64,000 bases of DNA from Candidatus Hermodarchaeota archaeon (GTDB lineage: Archaea > Asgardarchaeota > Thorarchaeia > Thorarchaeales > Thorarchaeaceae): assembly GCA_048885865.1 (NCBI GenBank), contig JBHLLF010000002.1, positions 32,001 to 96,000 of the forward strand, written 5' to 3'. This document shows, in pieces, positions 58,132-64,000 of this stretch; positions within the stretch are counted from its first letter, which is position 1, and each line of letters opens with the position of its first letter. A program made the position numbers and the translations under genes. Below the pieces are notes generated by a model that had not been told where the DNA came from, ran no database searches, and worked only from the letters and a program-made list of their open reading frames with translations.

Positions 58132-60924
58132 ATGGTTGAAGGTCAATGGTACAATAACGACCTCGAACACATAGTGAAAGTGCTCGAAACGACAACAGAC
58201 GGGCTGACCGAGGAAGAAGCTGTTCAGCGCATCCAGAAATACGGGTATAACGAGCTCATTGAAACTGGTACTGTAAGTCCCATAGTCATGTTCCTACGGC
58301 AGTTCACCGATCCTATGGTATTGATACTCCTCGTCGCTATTGCGATTTCTGTCATAACTGGTTTATTCTCTCACGGAGGTGAATCCGGCTTTATTGATGC
58401 GATTGTGATAGGAGCTATTGTAATCTTCAATGCTGTGTTTGGCTTCGTACAAGAATACAGATCAGAAAAGGCGCTAGACGCCCTTAAGGAAATGGCTGCA
58501 CCTCGGGCACGGGTAAAACGCGATGGACTTTGGAAGGAGATCGACTCACGTTATGTTGTTCCAGGTGATATGCTCGGATTTGAAACCGGAGACAAGGTTG
58601 CCACTGATGCCAGAGTTTCCTATGCAGTAGGTCTCTCCGCTGATGAAGCTGTCCTCACAGGCGAGTCATTGGCTGTGAGGAAAGTGACTGATCCTCTAAA
58701 TTTGGTTTCGCCAGCCGTTGGTGACTTGAAGAACATGGTCTTTCAAGGCACAACAATTGTATCCGGCAAGGGTCAGGCAATTGCTACTGCTACAGGGATG
58801 CAAACAAGATTCGGCAAAATCGCAGAGATGGTTCAAGAGAGTGAGAAGGATATGACCCCACTCCAGCAAGACCTGGCGGATCTTGGCAAGAAACTGGGGC
58901 TGCTGGTCATTGCACTCTGCATCATAGTCTTCGCTGCTGAGGTGTTTGCAAGTGTAGCCTCAAATCCAATCGAGGCATTGTTGGCGGCAATTGCACTTGC
59001 AGTATCTGCTATCCCGGAGGGGCTTCCTGCAGTAGTGACCATCACTCTAGCAATTGGCGTACAAATGATGGTTGACCGCAATGCCATAGTCAGACGACTG
59101 CCTTCAGTCGAAACCCTAGGATCAACAACTATCATAGCCTCGGACAAGACTGGCACAATTACAAAGAATGAGATGACTGTTCAGGCACTCTTCACGAATG
59201 GCATGACAATCAACGTGACCGGTGTAGGCTACAATCGTGATGGCGGTTTTTACAGAGCTAGTACTGACTTCGATGTAAAGGCAGATCCGCATACAGCCCG
59301 ACTTCTCGAGATCGGTCAGTTATGTACGAACTCCCTGCTGCAACCTGATCCAACAAGTTCTGCTGATTGGTCCATTGTAGGCGATCCGACTGAAGGGGCT
59401 CTACTTGTCGTTGCTGAAAAAGCAGGAATATCCTATGAAGAAACTCGCTCAAAGTATGAAGAGATTTCAGAGATATCATTCGACTCTACACGCAAACGAA
59501 TGACCACTATTTGCAGAGACCAAGATGGGGCTCTCTGGGCGTTTTCGAAAGGTGCACCAGAGGTTCTACTCCCACTCTGTGACAAGGGATACGAGCACGA
59601 TGCCTTTTGTGACTTAACTGAGAGAAACCGTGAGAATATCCTTGCCATCAACGCTGGATTTGCAGCTAATGCTCTTAGGGTCCTTGCATTTGCCTATCGT
59701 CGCTTGGAAGAAGAGCTCAAAGAATGGGAACCGGAGGAAGTAGAACGAAATCTGGTTTTCGTTGGCCTTGTGGGAATGATAGATCCTGCGCGAGACGAGG
59801 TGCATGAAGCAATTCGGACCTGTCTGCATGCAGGAATACGACCAATCATGATTACTGGCGACCATGAGCTGACCGCTAGAGCAATAGCCGTCGAAGTTGG
59901 CCTAATTGATAGAGATGCCGATGTAGTTACAGGTGCAATGATAGAGCAGATGTCTGATGAAGACCTCAGCAATGCAGTTCGTCATGTAGATGTCTATGCC
60001 AGAGTTTCCCCCGATCATAAACTCAAGATTGTGAACGCGCTTAAGTCTCATAATGAAGTCGTCGCGATGACAGGTGATGGTGTGAACGACGCCCCCGCGG
60101 TTAAGACAGCAGACGTAGGCGTATCTATGGGAGTGCGTGGAGCTGATGTCACAAAAGAGGCATCCGACGTCATCCTCACAGATGACAACTTCGCGACCAT
60201 TGTGACAGCTGTAGAGAAAGGGCGTGAGATATACTCCAACATCCGCAAATTTGTCCGATTCCTCCTGGCGGCGAACTTCGACGAGATCTTTCTCATATTC
60301 ACCATTGTGCTGATAGGATTGCCTTTGCCAATTACTCCCATCCAGATACTCTGGCTCAATCTAGCCACTGACGGTTTCCCAGCATTGGCTCTAGGTGTTG
60401 ACCCTCCTGAGGAGGGTGTAATGGACCGCCCACCACGAAAGCCTGGGAAGAAGATGATGGATCGGGGTATGATCATGTTCGTGGTCATTGCAGGCTTTGT
60501 TGCTTTCCTAGCTGCAGCATTTGTCTTTCTTTTGGCTCTAACAATCAATGGTGGATGGATTCCTGGCATAACAGGCCCCCTTGTCGACTGGGCCATCGCA
60601 CCTTGGAACGATATTCTGAAGCATGCTCGTACCACAGTGTTTGCGAGTGTGGTCACCTTCGAGCTTCTCTTCGTCTGGAACTGTAGGGATGAGTATAGAC
60701 CAGTTTGGAAGACTCATGTTACGGGCTCGAAAGCACTCATGGGTGCAGTAGCATTGTCCGTCCTTCTCACCCTAGCAACCATCTATGTTCCATTCATGCA
60801 ACCATTGTTTGAAACCATGCCGCTCAATCTCGTTGACTGGGGAATCATTCTATTGACTTGTCTCCCAGCTTTGCTGATACCGCCTCATATTATCTTCGGA
60901 CATAGGAGAGAGAATGCGAGCTAG
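58132..60924 (+). CDS. P-type ATPase, type IIA (Ca2+-transporting)
   Basis: TGES, IPEGL, DKTGT, KGAPE, GDGVND, LWLNLATDG. Confidence 0.95.
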   Translation: MVEGQWYNNDLEHIVKVLETTTDGLTEEEAVQRIQKYGYNELIETGTVSPIVMFLRQFTDPMVLILLVAIAISVITGLFSHGGESGFIDAIVIGAIVIFNAVFGFVQEYRSEKALDALKEMAAPRARVKRDGLWKEIDSRYVVPGDMLGFETGDKVATDARVSYAVGLSADEAVLTGESLAVRKVTDPLNLVSPAVGDLKNMVFQGTTIVSGKGQAIATATGMQTRFGKIAEMVQESEKDMTPLQQDLADLGKKLGLLVIALCIIVFAAEVFASVASNPIEALLAAIALAVSAIPEGLPAVVTITLAIGVQMMVDRNAIVRRLPSVETLGSTTIIASDKTGTITKNEMTVQALFTNGMTINVTGVGYNRDGGFYRASTDFDVKADPHTARLLEIGQLCTNSLLQPDPTSSADWSIVGDPTEGALLVVAEKAGISYEETRSKYEEISEISFDSTRKRMTTICRDQDGALWAFSKGAPEVLLPLCDKGYEHDAFCDLTERNRENILAINAGFAANALRVLAFAYRRLEEELKEWEPEEVERNLVFVGLVGMIDPARDEVHEAIRTCLHAGIRPIMITGDHELTARAIAVEVGLIDRDADVVTGAMIEQMSDEDLSNAVRHVDVYARVSPDHKLKIVNALKSHNEVVAMTGDGVNDAPAVKTADVGVSMGVRGADVTKEASDVILTDDNFATIVTAVEKGREIYSNIRKFVRFLLAANFDEIFLIFTIVLIGLPLPITPIQILWLNLATDGFPALALGVDPPEEGVMDRPPRKPGKKMMDRGMIMFVVIAGFVAFLAAAFVFLLALTINGGWIPGITGPLVDWAIAPWNDILKHARTTVFASVVTFELLFVWNCRDEYRPVWKTHVTGSKALMGAVALSVLLTLATIYVPFMQPLFETMPLNLVDWGIILLTCLPALLIPPHIIFGHRRENAS

Positions 60925-61763
60925 GAAGGTAGGCGCTTTTGAAGCCATCCATACATTTCAGCTAGGACCTTATCCTTCTCAGGTTCCTCATGTAGCTCAT
61001 GATAAAGTCCTTCGTACATACGAAACGTCTTATCCTTGGATGCAATTGATTCAAAGAAATCCTTGCTTCTATCGGGGGAGATTAGCTTGTCATCCCCTGC
61101 CTGTTGATAGAAGACAGGTAAAGTAATTCTCTCCCCCTCCTTGAAAGTCTCTTCAGACGCTTTCAACGCTTCTATCCCGAACCTTGGCGTAACGCCATGG
61201 AATCGAAGAGGATCTGCTTCATGCCTCCTAATGACTTCAGGGCTGCGCGATCCATCGGCCAAATCGACATCGCCCTCGTAATACCTTTTCACATTCAGGA
61301 GGGAGAGGATCCTTGCGAAGAACCTCCTCACTGGGCTAATTTCCAGAGTCTGTGCCACTGCTGGACACTGCAATAGAATCCCATCAACAGTCCTAGGATA
61401 TGCCATAACATATCGCAGCACCATGAGGCCTCCAAGCGAGGCTCCAAACAGAAAGGTGATCTTGTTCAGAAACCTGTCTTTGACCTGCATCACAAGATTC
61501 TGAATGTCCTCTATGTATTCACTGAAACGCATCACGTGACCCTTTTGCCCATCAAAATGGCCAAAGCCTCTCATATCAGGAGCAAAGACTGCGATCCCTT
61601 TCTCAGCCATGAACTCACCTATTGTACCCAAATCCAGTCCGTGGCTACCTAAGCCATGTATCGCGATAATCAATGCACGAGGCTTTTCGTTATCAGGTAT
61701 CCATGATGCCATAAACATCCTTGTGCCGTCAAAGCCAATATACTTGGTTTCCTTGAACTTCAT
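60921..61763 (-). CDS. Alpha/beta hydrolase (lysophospholipase/monoacylglycerol lipase-like)
   Basis: HGLG, DMRGFG, GASLGG, D, YHE. Confidence 0.9.
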   Translation of the reverse strand: MKFKETKYIGFDGTRMFMASWIPDNEKPRALIIAIHGLGSHGLDLGTIGEFMAEKGIAVFAPDMRGFGHFDGQKGHVMRFSEYIEDIQNLVMQVKDRFLNKITFLFGASLGGLMVLRYVMAYPRTVDGILLQCPAVAQTLEISPVRRFFARILSLLNVKRYYEGDVDLADGSRSPEVIRRHEADPLRFHGVTPRFGIEALKASEETFKEGERITLPVFYQQAGDDKLISPDRSKDFFESIASKDKTFRMYEGLYHELHEEPEKDKVLAEMYGWLQKRLPS

Positions 61764-61859
61764 AGAGAGTCACTATGAATGACAAAGTCTTGGCACTATT
61801 AATGTTGCCACGAAAATGGAGGCAGGAGTGACCTACTCAAGATCACTCCGATATGAGGA

Positions 61860-62741
61860 TTAGAATCTGTTAGGAACCGGCTTATCGCCAGAGTAGTCAT
61901 AGAAGCCCATGCCAGATTTCCTACCTAGCCAACCTGCACGAACCATCTTTCGCAAAAGTGCTGGTGCTCTGTACTTGCTGTCTTTGAACTCGTCCACAAA
62001 GTAGTCAGATATGTAGAGCATCGTATCAAGCCCAACAAAATCAGCAAGAGTCAGTGGTCCCATGGGCCAGTTCAGCCCAAGATGAATGGCTTTGTCCATG
62101 TCCTCAACAGTTGCAATGCCCTCTTGGATTGCAAATACTGCCTCATTCAGAGCTGGAACTAGCAGGCGATTGACAGCAAATCCTGGTGCTTCATTCACTA
62201 GGACGGTTTCCTTTCCAATCTTTCCGGACACCTCCTCAATGACCTTCACGGTCGAATCGTCTGTAGCCTGGCCCTTGATGATCTCTACTAGCCGCATAAC
62301 AGGAACCGGGTTAAAGAAATGCATACCTATGAATAGATTCGGCCGCTCAGTGACAGCAGCCATTTGGGTAATGCTGATACTAGAAGTGTTGGAGGCCAAG
62401 ATCGCATGCTTTGGGGCAGCCTCGTCAACTTCTTTCCATGTATCAAGTTTGAGTTTCACTATTTCAGGAATTGCTTCGATAACTAGATCCGCATCATTGA
62501 CAGCGTCCTTCAGGTCGAGAACACCTTCAATCCTCCCTAGAGTTGCATCAATCTCTTCCTGAGTAATTTTGCCTTTCGAGAGACCTCGTTCAAGGTTCTT
62601 CTTTATGATTGCCATTCCCTTGTCAATGAACTTCTGGTCGATGTCCCTCATTTTCACGTCATATCCAGCCTGAGCACAGACCTGAGCAATGCCATTCCCC
62701 ATCTGTCCTGCACCCAGAACTGCAATCTTCTTAATCTCCAT
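61860..62741 (-). CDS. hbd: 3-hydroxybutyryl-CoA dehydrogenase
   Basis: GAGQMGNG, SNTSS, GMHFFNP, PMGPL, DFVGLD; start at MEIKK. Confidence 0.93.
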   Translation of the reverse strand: MEIKKIAVLGAGQMGNGIAQVCAQAGYDVKMRDIDQKFIDKGMAIIKKNLERGLSKGKITQEEIDATLGRIEGVLDLKDAVNDADLVIEAIPEIVKLKLDTWKEVDEAAPKHAILASNTSSISITQMAAVTERPNLFIGMHFFNPVPVMRLVEIIKGQATDDSTVKVIEEVSGKIGKETVLVNEAPGFAVNRLLVPALNEAVFAIQEGIATVEDMDKAIHLGLNWPMGPLTLADFVGLDTMLYISDYFVDEFKDSKYRAPALLRKMVRAGWLGRKSGMGFYDYSGDKPVPNRF

Positions 62742-62886
62742 AATTCCAACCTCTTCCTTATGGTTTGTCTGTTTTTGGCTCGGCAAGAGGTGGGTAATAT
62801 GTCTGTTGCTGGATCCTAAGGACGAGCGATTGACATCCTCCATCGCTAGTCTTATTTCATGGATACATTGGACTAGAGCATAATAG

Positions 62887-63318
62887 GTGGAACATTTGGA
62901 AGACATTTCATGGGACGACAGCCTGTCTGTCGGAGTTGAATTGATTGATGAACAGCATAAGATGCTGATTGAACGCATAAACAATCTCTCAATTGCTGTT
63001 GCGAAGTATATGGGTCATACAAAGATCATCGAAACTTTGCTATTCATGACGGAGTATACTGACTTTCATTTCTCAACTGAAGAGCGTTACATGAAGGAGC
63101 TGGATTATCCTGCAATGGAGAACCACATCAAACAGCATGAAGAGTTCAAGAGCATGCTAAACACCCTTGAGGATGATTTCAAAGAAGATGGTGCTACCAA
63201 AGTGGTCAGCAAATCCATCAATACGTTCCTTGGCAATTGGCTCTTCAACCATATCAAGGTTGTAGATGTTAATTTTGGCAAGTTTCTCAGGGAAAAGGGC
63301 GTTGTTATGACGGAGTAG
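62887..63318 (+). CDS. Single-domain bacteriohemerythrin
   Basis: IDEQH, HFSTEE, HIKQH, WLFNHIKVVD di-iron ligands. Confidence 0.93.
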   Translation: MEHLEDISWDDSLSVGVELIDEQHKMLIERINNLSIAVAKYMGHTKIIETLLFMTEYTDFHFSTEERYMKELDYPAMENHIKQHEEFKSMLNTLEDDFKEDGATKVVSKSINTFLGNWLFNHIKVVDVNFGKFLREKGVVMTE

Positions 63319-63330
63319 GGCCTCCTTCCG

Positions 63331-63999
63331 CTATTTGCTATTCCATAAATCCTGGAACAATTTCATGTGAAAATCGACATACTCTTTGTCCTTGGTTACA
63401 AATGCATAGGGTTCTTTATCTGAAGACTCAAGGTTCACAAAGCTGATCCCATAGGAGTCAACTATCGCGAACGAGAGAGGGATGTCAGTATGTACTTTTA
63501 CCTCGAATCCAATTTCCATGGTATGATCTGAGAGGAATTTGATGTCAATCCCTTTATCTGCCAACCTGCGAAGCTCTGATTTCAGCTTGAACCAATCAAA
63601 GATTCCGCCAGTTGTTCTCTTACAGACCCACACCCTCCTCTGGGCTATTGCTAGCAACGACCGCACTATCGTTAGGCCATCGTCTAGCTGAACCAGTGAG
63701 GTGTCCATGGAATTGCTATGCAAAATGCTTCTGTTGCCATATTCTTCAAGACTATGACCCAAGGACATGATAGCTTGAATGCGATCCTCGAAGTTGCTTC
63801 TGAGCGTTTCAAGATAATGATGTACAATTGCTTTTGGTGATTGAGCGGCCACTATTAGCGGATCCTTGGAAACTTCCATAATGAGCTCCTTGCTCATTAA
63901 GCTCTTTAGAGTATCATAGACTCTAGTCCGATGAATTTTCGTCAAGGCGCTCAACTGACTAGCAGTGAAGGATTCACCTTTCAAGAGAACCAGAAAAAT
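63331..63999 (-). CDS. TrmB-family transcriptional regulator (5' end beyond the window)
   Basis: TASQLS...IHRTRVYDTLKSL; PLD-like effector domain. Confidence 0.8.
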   Translation of the reverse strand: MFLVLLKGESFTASQLSALTKIHRTRVYDTLKSLMSKELIMEVSKDPLIVAAQSPKAIVHHYLETLRSNFEDRIQAIMSLGHSLEEYGNRSILHSNSMDTSLVQLDDGLTIVRSLLAIAQRRVWVCKRTTGGIFDWFKLKSELRRLADKGIDIKFLSDHTMEIGFEVKVHTDIPLSFAIVDSYGISFVNLESSDKEPYAFVTKDKEYVDFHMKLFQDLWNSK

Positions 64000-64000
64000 A

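Noticed and set aside
1-64000. Selenoprotein read-through, mobile elements or defence islands
   Set aside because: No CDS appeared interrupted by an in-frame TGA, and no transposase, integrase, terminal repeats or defence-system motifs were recognised

Overview
Gene-dense archaeal window of about 55 CDS. No rRNA, tRNA, CRISPR array or mobile element was recognised. The GGTGA/GGAGG ribosome-binding sites, frequent TTG/GTG starts, RpoM-, TrmB- and GTPBP1-type genes, grpE-dnaK-dnaJ and many membrane-anchored secreted proteins suggest an Asgard archaeon, probably Thorarchaeia; this is inference, not verified. Most genes are housekeeping or peptide catabolism: four membrane-anchored S8 subtilases, TldD/PmbA, an M24 peptidase, SerC, a ClC, a P-type ATPase, a sirtuin and Hbd. 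The best candidate for an undescribed system is at about 0.6-6.7 kb. A radical SAM enzyme with an N-terminal PqqD/RRE-like domain and a C-terminal SPASM domain sits divergently from a 728-aa single-pass membrane protein. That protein's predicted cytoplasmic C-terminus is a 49-aa Cys/His repeat (7x CHSA, 2x CVSHDA; 11 Cys, 9 His), and its gene is translationally coupled to a metallophosphoesterase. This looks like a RiPP-type maturase whose substrate is fused to a large membrane protein. Other notable items are a subtilase with eukaryotic site-1-protease-like architecture, a CTL/SLC44-like transporter, a membrane-linked PCI-like protein and a truncated RpoM/TFS paralogue.
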